64,000 bases of DNA from Spirochaetota bacterium (GTDB lineage Bacteria > Spirochaetota > UBA6919 > CBDBPB01), in NCBI GenBank assembly GCA_965208615.1, contig CBDBPB010000007.1:64001-128000 (forward strand), read 5' to 3'. Position numbers and translations under genes: made by a program. Positions 40,486 through 54,304 of this stretch are shown here, one piece after another (position 1 is the first letter of the stretch; the number at the start of each line of letters is the position of its first letter). The notes below the pieces were generated by a model. That model worked only from the letters and a program-made list of their open reading frames with translations, was not told the origin of the DNA and searched no databases.

Positions 40486-42443
40486 TTAGTAAAATAAATA
40501 TAACATACCAACCATAACCACCAAAAAAATAATAGTCATACCAGACCCCGCTTTAACATAGTCTATGGTTCTATATCCCCCAGGCCTCATAACAAGGGCA
40601 TTAACCTGATGAGTGGGTATAATAAACGTATTGGACGCAGATAAAGCAACAACTAATGCGGCCATTCTGGGGTCTACACCAGCTTTAACAGCCATGCTTA
40701 TAGCAAGAGGTACTAATAATACGGTTGCTCCAACGTTTGATACCACCAGAGTAAAGAATGACGTCATTAAACCAATAACTAAAAGAAAAATAATAGGTGA
40801 AACAGCTCCAATTATACTCATAATATTATTAGCAATATAACCAGCCGCTCCAGTCTCTGCAAAAGCCTTTCCTAAAGGAATAAGTCCCGCTAATAAAAAT
40901 ACAGTCATCCAGTCAACGGACTTATAAGCCTCGTCAACGCTCATAACCTTTGTTACAATCATGCCTAAAGCACCAGTCAATAAGGCAATGGATAACTTAA
41001 TATCAGTTGCCATAACCAAAATTAATGCAATAACTAACCATGCAAAAGCTAATGGAGCCTTCTCAGTTCTAACTACATCACCTTTTATATCAGTGGTAAA
41101 GGTAAATGTATCCTGATTCTTTAGAAAGTGAAACTTCTCCCATCTACCAAATAACAAAAAAGCATCTCCAACGTTAACCTTAGTCTTAGATAGATCACTA
41201 AATATACTACCACCTTGTCTGGATAAAACTATAGGATTAACCTCATAGGTTTTTCTAAAGTTAAAGTCAATCATACGCTTGCCAACTAGATCAGACCTAG
41301 GAGTGATTATACCTTCAATCATACCCGCATTATTGGGGGATAAATCTTCAGCAAAAACATTAAGATCATCCTTTAGATTAAAACCGAAGTCATTTGCTAA
41401 GTTTCTAATTTTATCAGAAAAAGCAATAACAGCGATATCATTTCCCGGTTTAAGAGTGTCATACTTACTTGGATGAAAGTTCTTACGCCTTTTACTAGCT
41501 ATTGCCACAATAGTAAGACCATATTTCTCCCTTAGTCCAAAATCTTTTAACTCCCTTTTATCACTAAAACCCTCAGGAACACCTAAGCTCATAAATGCCG
41601 GAGAACTCTTGATAAGTATCCGAAATAGACTTTGGTAATAAATCAGCAGAATCATCATCGCCCTGTTTTTTGGGTAGAATAAACTTTCCAAAAATAACAA
41701 AATATAATATAGCACTAACAGCTAATGCCAAACCTATTGGTGTTTGTTCGAATAAGTTAAAATGCTCTAACTCTTTACCATCAAAAACTAAAAGCTCGTT
41801 CAACAGTATAGTAGGACTAGCACCAACTAATGTAATAGTACCCCCAACAATAGCACAAAAGCCCATAGGCATTAATATACGGGATACAGGTATTTTAACT
41901 TGTTTACTTATCCTAATGGCGGCAGGCATAAATAGTGCCGCAGCACCAATGTTCTGCATAAAGCTAGATATAATAGCTACAGTACCAGATATTACAGAAA
42001 TTATACGACTCTCTGACTTGCCAGCAATAGATAACACTTTTCTAGCCAGTATATTAATAACTCCAGTTTTATCTAGCCCTGCACCAATAATAATAACAGC
42101 AATAATGGATACTACCGCATTACTACTTAATCCACTAATGGCATCAGCCGCACTCAAAAATGGTTTATCGCTACCCTGAATCAGCATCATAACATAAGCT
42201 ACAATGGGTATAAATACCATCATAATAATTCCAACAACATCGACCCTAACCCATTCAAAAATAAAAAGGGCTATAGCAAAAATAAGTATACATATGAACA
42301 ACAGCCATCTCAGTAGTTAAACCAAGAGCATTGCTATTAGACCCACTGGACGTAGCAAAAACAATGTTAACAATACATAACAAAATACCCACTAAAGCAA
42401 TAGGCAATACTAACTTTCTCCTTATTCTGAACATATTGAACAT
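40486..42443 (-). CDS. SLC13/CitMHS-type permease with TrkA-C domains (split by two +1 frameshifts)
   Basis: Three ORFs join into one protein (RVDVVG, SSFMQNIGAAA, VVSNVGATV, PTHQVNAL) on removing one base near 42297 and one near 41582. Confidence 0.88.
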
Positions 42444-42633
42444 ATCTTCTCCTTAAATATTAATGTATCTATAAATAAAAAGTTTATAAGCTTAATAAAA
42501 TATAACAGATAGTGGTAAATGATTGTAATGATGGTTTAGATCTTTTATACTTAGAAACAAAACAAAAAAGGATAAAGTTCCCTTGGTATAGAAAGTTGGA
42601 GAGAATAGATTATGCGGATAATCTAATGGAAAA

Positions 42634-42876
42634 CTATTTAATCTTATTAGTAAAAATTACCACATTGTTATCCTTAACCTCAGAAAAGCCTTTTTCAATT
42701 TGATATTGTGTTAATTTTCCAGCGGAGTCTATTTCTAGTCTACCCTTCCTAAGAAGGGTTATAATAGGGGCATGATCCTCTAATATACCAAGATCACCGT
42801 CTAATCCAGGCATTATAATAGAATCAACCTGTCCTTCAAAAAATAAAGATTCAGGAGTTACAATCTTACACCTCAT
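42634..42876 (-). CDS. atpC: ATP synthase F1 epsilon subunit (short form)
   Basis: IVTPE and GDLGILEDHAP; 80 aa, lacking the C-terminal helices. Confidence 0.92.
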   Translation of the reverse strand: MRCKIVTPESLFFEGQVDSIIMPGLDGDLGILEDHAPIITLLRKGRLEIDSAGKLTQYQIEKGFSEVKDNNVVIFTNKIK

Positions 42877-42879
42877 AAC

Positions 42880-44302
<1,423 letters not shown>

Positions 44303-44386
44303 TTACTATAAAAAAAGCAATACTTTTCTCAATTTTAAACACTATGTGCATAAAAAATAATTTATTATAAATGTTAATAAGTTTAA

Positions 44387-45280
44387 TTAACTCGTTAACA
44401 CCTTAGCCGCACCAACAATCTCAATAAGCTCTTTTGTAATTTTACTCTGTCTGGCACGATTATACTCTAATGTCAAGCTTTTTATCATATCACCAGCAGA
44501 ATCAGACGCCTGCTTCATGGCTATCTTTCTAGCTATCTGCTCGGATAAAGTAGCCTCTAAAACAGTATTAAATACCTTCACCCTGATAGAAGTAGGTAAA
44601 ATCTCTTCCAAAACCTTTTTTTTATCAGGCTCAAAAATGTATATAGATCGATAATCTTCCTCTACTTCAACATCTTCTTCTTTTTCGATCTCAAAAGGTA
44701 AAATCTTTTCAACAATAGCCTTTTGCTGAGCCGCTGAAAAATAACTGGTATATACAAGATATATTTCATCAGCCTTTTCTTTGGTGTATAAGTCAACAAG
44801 TTCATCAGCAACTTCTGTTATTCGTTCATAGTTAACGTTTTCATCAATATCAGTAAATGCCTTATCAACAGATAGTTTAAGATATTTAAAATAGCTTATT
44901 GCCTTATTACCAGAAGCATATATCTTTATATTGTTCTTCTTTTCTTCAAGAGATAAATAAAGATTCTTGGCAAGACGGTTTACACTATTATTATATCCAC
45001 CACATAGACCACGATTGGATGTTAATACAAAGATAATACTATTTTTGTTACTTTTGTGGGGAGTAGTTAATGGATGTAGGAAATCCCACTTTTCTTCTTG
45101 AGAAAACAAAATTATATGCCTTGTTAACTTAAGAAGATTATAATAATAATCCCTTGACGCAATTAGTCTGTTAGTAGCCTTTCTGGACTTAGCCGTAGCA
45201 ATTTTTTCCATTGTTTCTGTTATTTTTTTGATGTTCTTAACAGCTCCAATTCTATTTTTGATATCCTTGGCGTTTGCCAT
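44387..45280 (-). CDS. atpG: ATP synthase F1 gamma subunit
   Basis: KITETME, TSNRGLCGGYN and YNRARQSKITKELIEIV. Confidence 0.97.
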   Translation of the reverse strand: MANAKDIKNRIGAVKNIKKITETMEKIATAKSRKATNRLIASRDYYYNLLKLTRHIILFSQEEKWDFLHPLTTPHKSNKNSIIFVLTSNRGLCGGYNNSVNRLAKNLYLSLEEKKNNIKIYASGNKAISYFKYLKLSVDKAFTDIDENVNYERITEVADELVDLYTKEKADEIYLVYTSYFSAAQQKAIVEKILPFEIEKEEDVEVEEDYRSIYIFEPDKKKVLEEILPTSIRVKVFNTVLEATLSEQIARKIAMKQASDSAGDMIKSLTLEYNRARQSKITKELIEIVGAAKVLTS

Positions 45281-45293
45281 AGTTTATATTCCT

Positions 45294-46817
45294 TTAAGTT
45301 AGTCCCTTTTGCTTTTTAAAGTCATTAACGTATTCCTCAATAATAGACCTAAGCTTAGTTTCATTTTCAATAACTTTAGCTTCTCTAATCATTTTTAAAA
45401 TATTACTTTGTTCTTTTTGCATATAGTCTAAGAATCTATTTTCAAAACTCCTAATCATATCAATAGGGATAGAATCAAGATAGCCTTGAGTACCAGCAAA
45501 TATAATAATCATTTGTTTTTCAACAGACATAGGAGAATACTGTCCTTGTTTTAGTATTTCAACAAGTATTGCACCACGATCGAGCTGTTTTTTAGTAGCC
45601 TTATCAAGGTCAGTTCCGAGTTGAGCAAAAGCCTCGAGCTCTCTATATTGAGCTAAGTCAAGACGGAGTGATCCAGCTACTTTTTTCATACCCTTTATCT
45701 GAGCATTACCCCCAACCCTAGATACTGATATACCAACATCCACAGCGGGTCTAACACCACCAGCAAATAAATTAGGTGTTAAATATATTTGTCCATCGGT
45801 AATGGATATAACATTAGTTGGGATATATGCAGATACTTCACCTTCTTGAGTCTCAATAATAGGAAGTGCAGTTAATGATCCACCACCAAGTTTATCATTC
45901 AATTTTGCAGAACGCTCCAATAACCGTGAGTGGAGATAGAATACATCACCTGGATAAGCCTCTCTACCTGGAGGTCTTTGTAATAAAAGAGATAATTGCC
46001 TATAGGCATTGGCATGCTTTGACAGATCGTCAGAAATTACAAGGGTATCCTTACCCTCAGCGATACATAAACTCCTCAGCCATTGTACAACCAGCAAAAG
46101 GTGCAATATATAGCATAGGAGCAGGCTCACTGGCACTTGTGGATATAACAATTGTATGATCCATAGCACCATTGTCTTTAAGCCTCTCTACCACTGCGGA
46201 AACAGTGGAGGCTTTTTGTCCTACTGCAACATATACACAAATTACTCCAGGTTCCTTTTTGGTTTATAATAGTATCAATTGCGATTGCAGTTTTACCAGT
46301 TTGTCTATCACCAATAATAAGTTCTCTCTGCCCTCTACCAATAGGGATCATAGAGTCTATAGCCTTAATACCTGTTTGAAGAGGTACTTTAACAGGCTGT
46401 CTTTTAGCAATACCGGGAGCCATTATCTCAAGGGAGCGTTTTTTAGTTGTTTTAATAGGAGGTCCGCCATCAATAGCCTCACCAAGAGGATTAACTACCC
46501 TGACCTATTAATTCAGCACCTACAGGAACAGATAGTAAACGTTTTAATCTCTTTACACTAACTCCTTCTTTAAGATGAAGATAATTACCTAAAATAACTG
46601 TACCTACAGAGTTCTCCTCAAGATTAAGAGCTAAACCAGTTGTTCCATCCTCAAACTCGACCATCTCACCAGCCATAATATTATTTAAACCATGTATTTT
46701 AGCAATACCATCTCCAACATCAAGAACAGTACCCACTTCTTCTTCTGACAGGACAGCTTTATATCCCTCAATTTCCTTTTTTATAAGAGTGTTGATCTCT
46801 TCAACATTGATCTTCAC
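45294..46817 (-). CDS. atpA: ATP synthase F1 alpha subunit (three +1 frameshifts)
   Basis: [14 protein letters not shown] and [21 protein letters not shown]; single extra bases near 46502, 46250 and 46062. Confidence 0.96.
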
Positions 46818-47374
46818 TGTATAGCTCCTTTTAATTTTATAGACTCTATATTGCTCTGGAATATCTTTAGCGATTTTAAAATAGAAATATCTACTCTAAT
46901 ATCCCCAACCTTAAAAACTAAGCCGCCAATAATCTTTTTATCAATCACATTGGTTAAAGCGATCTTTTTATTAAATCTTTTAGTTAAGGTATTAGTAATC
47001 TCAGCCATCATCTTATCGCTAATAGCCTGAGTAGAAAGTACTTTAGCACGTAATATATTTTTATGTTTATCAACCAATAACCGAAAATCATCATGAATAT
47101 CAACTAACAGATATTGACATTTTTTAACTATAATAACAGCTAAAAATCCTAAGAACTCTTTTGAAAAGGAATTATTAAAAACTTTATTAATAAACTCTTT
47201 TTTCATTTTACGATTTATCCTAGGGGATAACATAAATTTCTTAAAAGTTTTATTTGTTTTATAGACTTCGATAAATTGGCTAAAGTCTTCCGAATAAACA
47301 TCTAATTTATTAGCCGCAAGACCCATCTTAAATAATGTATTGGAGAATACACTAATATCATGTTCTTTGGTCAT
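46814..47374 (-). CDS. atpH: ATP synthase delta subunit
   Basis: FMLSPRI and DKKIIGGLVFKVGD...D.SI; operon position. Confidence 0.9.
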   Translation of the reverse strand: MTKEHDISVFSNTLFKMGLAANKLDVYSEDFSQFIEVYKTNKTFKKFMLSPRINRKMKKEFINKVFNNSFSKEFLGFLAVIIVKKCQYLLVDIHDDFRLLVDKHKNILRAKVLSTQAISDKMMAEITNTLTKRFNKKIALTNVIDKKIIGGLVFKVGDIRVDISILKSLKIFQSNIESIKLKGAIQ

Positions 47375-47387
47375 AATCTTAACAATA

Positions 47388-47903
47388 CTAATTCAAATTT
47401 TGATATTGATCTAAAGAGCGATTGATTAACTCTTCATGATCTTTATAGCTTAATGACTTGTTAATAATCTTAGAAGCAATATCTAGAGATATTATAGCAA
47501 TTTCTTTTTTGAGCTCATCTAATGCTTTGTTTTTAGCAGTCTCAACCTCTTTTTTAGCCTTATCAATAATATCCTTTGCTTGTAGGTTAACCTTATCAAG
47601 TTCTTCTTTTTTAACTATAATAGCCTCTGACCTTGCATTTACTATTATATTTTCAGCTTCTTTTCTACTTTCTTCTAAAAGTTTTTTTTGTTCTTCTAAA
47701 ATCTTTTGGGCTTGATCCTTATTATCTTTAGCATTTTTAATATCTTCTTTAATACGTTCTCGTCTTGCATCTAAAGCATTAATAATTGGCTTCCAGGCGT
47801 ATTTACCTATAATTAAAACAAGAAGACCAAAAGTAATAAGAGTCCAAAATATAATGCCCCCCGTTAACTTTAGAAATGATCCATCACCAAATAAATCAGC
47901 CAT
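47388..47903 (-). CDS. atpF: ATP synthase Fo subunit b
   Basis: IFWTLITF...KYAWKPIINALDARRERI followed by a coiled coil. Confidence 0.95.
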   Translation of the reverse strand: MADLFGDGSFLKLTGGIIFWTLITFGLLVLIIGKYAWKPIINALDARRERIKEDIKNAKDNKDQAQKILEEQKKLLEESRKEAENIIVNARSEAIIVKKEELDKVNLQAKDIIDKAKKEVETAKNKALDELKKEIAIISLDIASKIINKSLSYKDHEELINRSLDQYQNLN

Positions 47904-47997
47904 AACTTGCTCCTGTAAACCAACTAAATAAAATATATATATTTTACTTGTTAGTTCAATATCTTATATATCAGCGAACCTATATATCCTTTTTAAC

Positions 47998-48312
<315 letters not shown>

Positions 48313-48335
48313 CTAATTAAACCCACATACCCCTT

Positions 48336-49104
48336 TTAATGCTCCTCTCCAGCAGAGGCTATAAAAATAGCCGATAAAAATGTAAATATAAATGCCTGAA
48401 TAACCGCAATTAAAATCTCAAGTAAGTCGACTAGTACAGAGCCTACTACAGCAAAAGGTGCAACTAATATTTTATTCCACCCGACCGCAGATGCCGCCAA
48501 AAATAAAAGAACCGTAAATAACTATATGTCCAGCAATCATATTAGCAAAAAGTCGAATCATCAATGCAAATGGCTTAGTAAAAAGTCCTACGAACTCAAT
48601 CACAAACATAAGAGGCCATAATGCCAGCGGAACACCCTCAGGTACAATCTTTATCCAATATCTAAAAATGCCTTTCTTTGTCATACCGTATATTTGAGTA
48701 GCGATAAACGTTATAGTAGCTAATGTCATTGTAACCGCAAGATTACCAGTTACAGTAGCACTACCTGGTATAAGACCAAATAGATTACACAGCATAATAA
48801 AAAAGAATAACGTAGCAAAAAACGGTAAGTATTTCTTTGCCTCAGTATGATTATGGAATGTTGGTTTAACAATATCATTATTGAGAAAATCTAAAAGTAC
48901 CTGAACTAAAATAGATAGTCTATTACCAGAAGCGCTCTTATCCTTCTTTATAGACCTTGCCGCCAAAATAGTAACCAATGCAAAAATTAATGCAACACCC
49001 CACATTATAAGAACATGTTTTGTGATAGATATGTCAATTCCAAAAAGGCTTGGCAAAGCAATAAATGCTTCTGAATCACCGATATGGTGGAGAAGAGTAT
49101 CCAT
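48336..49104 (-). CDS. atpB: ATP synthase Fo subunit a (one +1 frameshift)
   Basis: KPFALMIRLFANMIAGH; removing one base at 48516-48518 restores ...LLEILIAVIQAFIFTFLSAIFI...EEH* ending at 48336. Confidence 0.93.
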
Positions 49105-49166
49105 AATAGAATTACTCCCCTCTTTTGCACTAATAAAAAAATTGTGTTAAATAATCCATAGTAAAC

Positions 49167-49543
49167 CTATTTTTTATTAACTAGCTTTTTGTAAATCATA
49201 ATAACTTCGATCATCTGTAAAGCAATAAAAAAACCTATATATGATAGTAAATAACTTATTATACGGTCTTTGTCTATCAAATAAATAACTAAGGTTAAAA
49301 TTAAAATTATAAAAAGACGAACCCCTATTCCTCCGTAAAATACAAAAAAAAAGAATTTTTATTAATAACAGCATTTGTAATAAAGTAGCTAATCTTAAAT
49401 ACGAGTAAACTAAGTAGTCCAGTTACTAAAAAGGGTATATAAATCTTAATCTCAGAAAAATATATCAAACTAAAAAGCATATAAATAATAATTGTTGTAA
49501 TTAAACTTAATATTATATAATATATATCAATTTTTTTTATCAT
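49167..49543 (-). CDS. AtpI-like membrane protein (frameshift in an A9 run)
   Basis: Hydrophobic frame YGGIGVRLFIILILTLVIYL...FFIALQMIEV joins the upstream ORF if the run at 49344-49352 is one base longer (or two shorter). Confidence 0.6.
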
Positions 49544-49715
49544 TTTTTTGTTCTGTAGCCTTAACAATGGTATATAAAGCTATACCAAAACCTATAAATA
49601 CAAATACAATTAAAAATATAGGAAATGTGTTAATCTTAGAATCCAACCAATATCCAATACCTAAAAATAAAAAAATAATTATAACAAACTGAATACCTAT
49701 AGAAAGAGCATCCAA
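49527..49715 (-). CDS. AtpZ/AtpI-family protein (ATPase gene 1)
   Basis: IGIQF...GIGYWLDSKINTFPIFLIV; first gene of the atp operon; start uncertain. Confidence 0.8.
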   Translation of the reverse strand: MDALSIGIQFVIIIFLFLGIGYWLDSKINTFPIFLIVFVFIGFGIALYTIVKATEQKNDKKN

Positions 49716-49876
49716 AATTAAAATCCAATAATATAGTACAACATAGAAAAATCAATAACTAAACAATATAGAAAATAATATAAGGTTAGTCAATAAAAAA
49801 AATAATATTATTATATTAGCTTTAAATTATAGTTTTCCAGTCTAAAGGGCTTATGATTATAGAGATAGTTAATGCT

Positions 49877-50737
49877 TTAAACATATCTTACAAGTTTTAA
49901 GTCTTTTTGTAGAAGTAGTTTTACACGAAAATCGGAATGATATTCTTTTAGCTTATTCTTTATCCGACTTTTAATTTTCTTAGAAAATGGAGTAGATTCT
50001 CTATGAGCCTTAGTTAGAATAAGGTCTTCATATTCTAGTGTAATGGCTTTTACCTCGTGATAATTTATTTGAGGATTATCTTTATAATGCTTATAAAGGT
50101 TTATAAGCAAAGGAATAACTCTTGTATTATTTATTCTTAAAATAGATAAACATATTTTATATCTTTCCAGTTCACTTATGGGCATTGTAAGATAGTTTGT
50201 TAACAATAACCAAACAGTTTTGTTGCCAAGATAAACTAATGCCTTAAATATTTCTGGAAAAAAGTTATTTTGCTTTAAGCTTTCTTTAAAGTTGTCAAGA
50301 AGAATAAGTTCACCGGATGAGTCTGGGAAATACGCTAATGATATTGCACAACGATATGCTATTCTTTTGTTTTTAAGGTTTTTACGTAAAAAAGTTTTTG
50401 ATAAATCAGTCTTAAACTTTCCAATGGTATTACAAATATCTTCCATATAGGCAGAAACTTTTTCGTCTTCGGCTAGCGTAATTAGCTCAGGGACACAAAT
50501 AGGATCATTATAATGTTCTAGTATTAATAGCATATGGGTTATACGTATATCAACTGTAGTTTTGAGATAACGTTTATCCCTTATGTATTTTAGGAAGTGT
50601 TTTACTACATAAGAGGCGTTTATTTTAATAATGGAATCAGTTAGTTGATTTAGCCTTCTATAGCTAGAGAAATCACTAATATAAACTTTTAGTTTTTCAA
50701 ATTCGTTTAGTATAGGTATTAGTGATTTTTTCATCAT
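49877..50737 (-). CDS. Hypothetical HEAT-repeat-like protein
   Basis: Helical repeats CVPELITL, TIGKFK, ALVYLGN and VIPLLINL. Confidence 0.55.
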   Translation of the reverse strand: MMKKSLIPILNEFEKLKVYISDFSSYRRLNQLTDSIIKINASYVVKHFLKYIRDKRYLKTTVDIRITHMLLILEHYNDPICVPELITLAEDEKVSAYMEDICNTIGKFKTDLSKTFLRKNLKNKRIAYRCAISLAYFPDSSGELILLDNFKESLKQNNFFPEIFKALVYLGNKTVWLLLTNYLTMPISELERYKICLSILRINNTRVIPLLINLYKHYKDNPQINYHEVKAITLEYEDLILTKAHRESTPFSKKIKSRIKNKLKEYHSDFRVKLLLQKDLKLVRYV

Positions 50738-50878
50738 TATATACCAACTTTATAAACTGCCTTAACTAGCTTTGGGATAACTGAGATATAGTCATTTTTA
50801 AATTAATATTATAGTACTATATTGTATTCGACATTATTTTAAATTACTTAATGGCGCATTTTTTTATATTAAATATTA

Positions 50879-51232
50879 TTAAAAGCGGTATAACATTTTA
50901 AGTGTAGGCTTACTAGGGTTAATTAGTCTAAGTTCTAATTTTAGCTTAGAAGATTTATATATGTCTATTACGATTATTTTATTTGTTATGGTTAGAGTTT
51001 CTGACAGCATACTCCTGAATTTATAATTATGAGGTAATCTATTGTTAATTAAAGAAATCATATTGAGTTGTTTATTACTACTAGTTATTATATGCTTACT
51101 TTTAGTCCTAGAGGCTAATTTACTAGCCTTATGAGCTAATCTAGTAGTTAATGCAAACTTATAGCCATAAGAAGGCTTTAAAAAAATTAATATAATAGTA
51201 ATAGCTAATATTAAAATACTATATAGCTTCAT
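50879..51232 (-). CDS. Hypothetical exported protein
   Basis: 117-aa ORF with signal peptide ending PSYG; C-terminal ...MLYRF. Confidence 0.5.
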   Translation of the reverse strand: MKLYSILILAITIILIFLKPSYGYKFALTTRLAHKASKLASRTKSKHIITSSNKQLNMISLINNRLPHNYKFRSMLSETLTITNKIIVIDIYKSSKLKLELRLINPSKPTLKMLYRF

Positions 51233-51527
51233 AAATTAAAGTTATCCATAGTTTTTTTTTTTTTTATATATTGATTTAACTAATCTTGTTATAACTCTAA
51301 ATTTAACACAGCTTATAAAAAAATCAACTTTTATTTACAAGTAAGAATATATAGTTAAGACTATCTATTTTGTTATGTCTTAAGGTAAAAGAGGCTAATA
51401 CAATAAAGGTTTTAGCCAGGCTAATGTAAAATGAAAGCTAAAATAAATTAAAAAGACTTGATTTTTTACTTATTTTTTTATTTAATTTTAATACTATTTT
51501 ACTGTTTTAGTTAGAGTTAAATATTTT

Positions 51528-52352
51528 ATGATTAGATTTTCTTATAATAAATTATATATATTTTGCTTTATAAGTTTTTTGCTTTCTAGTAGTTATATAT
51601 ATGGTAAAGAATTTACTATTAAATGGAATAAAAATCCTAATAGTATAAAATATGTTGTTGAGCTATCCAAAACCAAAGACTTTAAAGTAATTAATAAAAG
51701 GCTTACTATAAAAGGCCTTAGGACGCAATTAGAACTTGATGTTGGTATTTATTATGTTCGTGTTTACGGTATAAACAGGGATAAGTCTAAGACTAAATAT
51801 AGTAGTATACGTAGGATTGTTATAAGATATAGTGCTAATAAATATAGCTATAAGAAAAATAATAAAATATATGTTTCAGCTTATCCTAATATAGACTTTC
51901 TTTTTAAAAGTGGAAAAGGATCTTTATACTATGCAATAGATAGCCAAAAGTTTAAAAAATACAGAAAAAAAGATCTTATAAAGATTAACCAAGAAAAGGA
52001 ATATATACTACATTACTATTTTATTAAAAATGCTAAGAAAACGGCTATACAAAAAGTCAACCTTATTGTTGATAAAACTTTTCCGGCATATAGTATTTTA
52101 GTAAATGGTACTCATAAAAAAAGTAGAAATATTAAGATTTCAAAGAATAGAGAAATAAGAATTACTGCCAAAGATAAAGGATCTGGGGTAAAGGAAATCC
52201 TTTATGCATACAAAGATGACCATGTTTACTACCTCTATAAGGGCTATATACCATTACTTAATAAAAAGGTTTTTAGGATATACTTTAAGCTTGTAGACAA
52301 TGTTGGGAATACTAGTCCGGTTTATTATAGAAATATTAGTTTGTTAAAGTAA
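51528..52352 (+). CDS. Exported Ig/FN3-like protein with OmpL47-like C-terminal domain
   Basis: Signal peptide; W...YVVELS...YYVRVYG FN3-like pattern; VDKTFP...AKDKGSGVKEILY...DNVGN. Confidence 0.6.
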   Translation: MIRFSYNKLYIFCFISFLLSSSYIYGKEFTIKWNKNPNSIKYVVELSKTKDFKVINKRLTIKGLRTQLELDVGIYYVRVYGINRDKSKTKYSSIRRIVIRYSANKYSYKKNNKIYVSAYPNIDFLFKSGKGSLYYAIDSQKFKKYRKKDLIKINQEKEYILHYYFIKNAKKTAIQKVNLIVDKTFPAYSILVNGTHKKSRNIKISKNREIRITAKDKGSGVKEILYAYKDDHVYYLYKGYIPLLNKKVFRIYFKLVDNVGNTSPVYYRNISLLK

Positions 52353-52404
52353 CTGTATTTTATATAATTTATGGTATTGTAAAACATTAAGGAGATATTC
52401 TTTT

Positions 52405-53346
52405 TTGATTAAGAGGCATTGGTTTACCTTGGGAATGATTATAGCTATTCCTATGGGATTATATTTTTATAAAGCTGGAGAGTTTCTTTTTCCTAATTCT
52501 AGTTATATTACTTTTTTAGCAATGTACTTTACTGGTCTAAACCTTGATTTAAAATACTTTAGTTTTAAAAAGAATATTATACTATCTATAGCTTTAAGTA
52601 GTTTAATTAATTGTTTACTATCTCCCATAATATTTTATTTTTTTGGAAAGCTTTTTCTTCATAGTAATAGTGATATATTTGTAGGACTTATTGTTCTAAG
52701 TGTTCTTCCTACAACACTTATAAGTCATATAGTAATTTGTCAAGAGGCAGGAGGCAACAGTTTACTATCTGCGTTTTGTACAATTAGTTCTAATATATTA
52801 TCGATTTTATTTATTCCGTTTTTTCTTAACATCTTTTTAGATGTATATATTCAACTATCCTATATGGAACTTTTTATAAGGTTAGTTTTGGTAGTGATAC
52901 TGCCTGTAGCTATAGCACAGATAATCAAGCGTTTTTTTAAAAAGGTTATTTTACGTTATAAGTGGTTATATCCAAAGGCAGCTCAGACTTTTGTTTTAAT
53001 TTTTGTATTTATTAGTATTTCTATAAACCAATCCCATTTTATGAGAATATACTATTTTGCTTATGAGTTTATTATTTTAATATTTACAGTAATACTTCTT
53101 CATTTTATATTGTTGATATTATCATATCTTACTGCTAAAATTATTAAGCTTTCCAAGGAGGATAGTATATCTCTTTTATTTTCTGCTTCTCAGAAAACCT
53201 TAGCCGTTGGGATAGCTATATTGGCTGATGCTATTCCAAATGGAGAAAAGGGTGCCTTAGCAATTATATCATATCATTTTTTTCAGATACTTTTTGATAA
53301 TTATATAGCAACAAGGATATCGATAATGAAAAGTAGATTTTTATAA
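52405..53346 (+). CDS. Bile acid:sodium symporter family (SBF-like) transporter
   Basis: Multiple TM helices; LPTTLIS, AGGN, SNILSI, SQKTLAVG and YHFFQI. Confidence 0.88.
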   Translation: MIKRHWFTLGMIIAIPMGLYFYKAGEFLFPNSSYITFLAMYFTGLNLDLKYFSFKKNIILSIALSSLINCLLSPIIFYFFGKLFLHSNSDIFVGLIVLSVLPTTLISHIVICQEAGGNSLLSAFCTISSNILSILFIPFFLNIFLDVYIQLSYMELFIRLVLVVILPVAIAQIIKRFFKKVILRYKWLYPKAAQTFVLIFVFISISINQSHFMRIYYFAYEFIILIFTVILLHFILLILSYLTAKIIKLSKEDSISLLFSASQKTLAVGIAILADAIPNGEKGALAIISYHFFQILFDNYIATRISIMKSRFL

Positions 53347-54292
53347 AAATGAAAACTTTTCTACACTTCTTAACTCATCAATAGTTTTTTTATAAGTACT
53401 AGCATTATTTTTCATAGCTTCTGTTTCGCTATCAGAAAGGCTTAGCTCTATTATATCTTCTATACCGCTTAGTACCAAGTTTAGCGGGAACGCCGATATA
53501 TACGTCATTAATTCCATATTCGCCTTCTAAGTAGCATGAGCTTGGTAATATACGTTTTTGTCCTTTTAGAATGGATTCTACCATAGCCACTACAGATGCA
53601 CCTGGAGCATAATATGCACTACCAGTTTTAAGCAGGTCTACTATTTCTGCTCCACCTTTTTGAGTACGATTAACAATTTTTTCAATTTTGTTTTTAGTCA
53701 TAAGTTCGGTAATAGGTATACCGCTAACTGTGGTATATTTTGGCAGGGGTACCATATTATCTCCGTGTCCGCCTAAAACCATAGGGGATATATCTTTTAT
53801 TGATACATCTAACTCTAGAGCAATAAATGCGGCGAGTCTTGCTGAGTCTAATACTCCAGCCATGCCTATTACTCTATTTTTTGTAAACTTGCTAACTTTA
53901 TAAACGAGGTAACTCATTATATCTACGGGGTTTGAGACTACTACGATAGTGGAGTTAGGAGCATATTTCACAATATTATTGGTAATCTCGGTTAAGATGG
54001 TTGCATTTTTTTTAAGTAGGTCTAGTCTATCCATACCTGGTTTTCGTGCTAGTCCAGCGGTAACTATTACAATGTCGGAGTTCTCCATGAGAGAGGGGTC
54101 AGTAGATCCTCTAAAGTGGCAGTCAAAATGTTGTATAGGTGAAGCTTGTAATATATCCAGGCTTAAGCCTTGTGGAAATCCTTCAATTATGTCGACTAGT
54201 ACGATTTCGGCCAATTCTTTTTGTGCAAGGTATAATGCAGTTGTAGCTCCTACATGTCCTGAACCGACAACTGTTATTTTTTTTTCTCTCAT
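53341..54292 (-). CDS. mdh: Malate dehydrogenase, LDH-like (one +1 frameshift near the 3' end)
   Basis: [27 protein letters not shown] and GSAYYAP; removing one base at 53469-53470 restores GIEDIIEL... ending at 53341. Confidence 0.95.
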
Positions 54293-54304
54293 ATAAATCT
54301 CCTT

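Noticed and set aside
41670-42179. Antisense or alternative-frame ORFs (e.g. 15214-15549, 25135-25515, 36710-37108, 41670-42179, 46172-46561, 53949-54296)
   Set aside because: Shadows of well-supported genes on the opposite strand, with no recognisable motifs.
49177-49374. 65-aa ORF in the track upstream of atpB
   Set aside because: Wrong frame of the frameshifted AtpI-like gene; the hydrophobic third frame is the plausible one.
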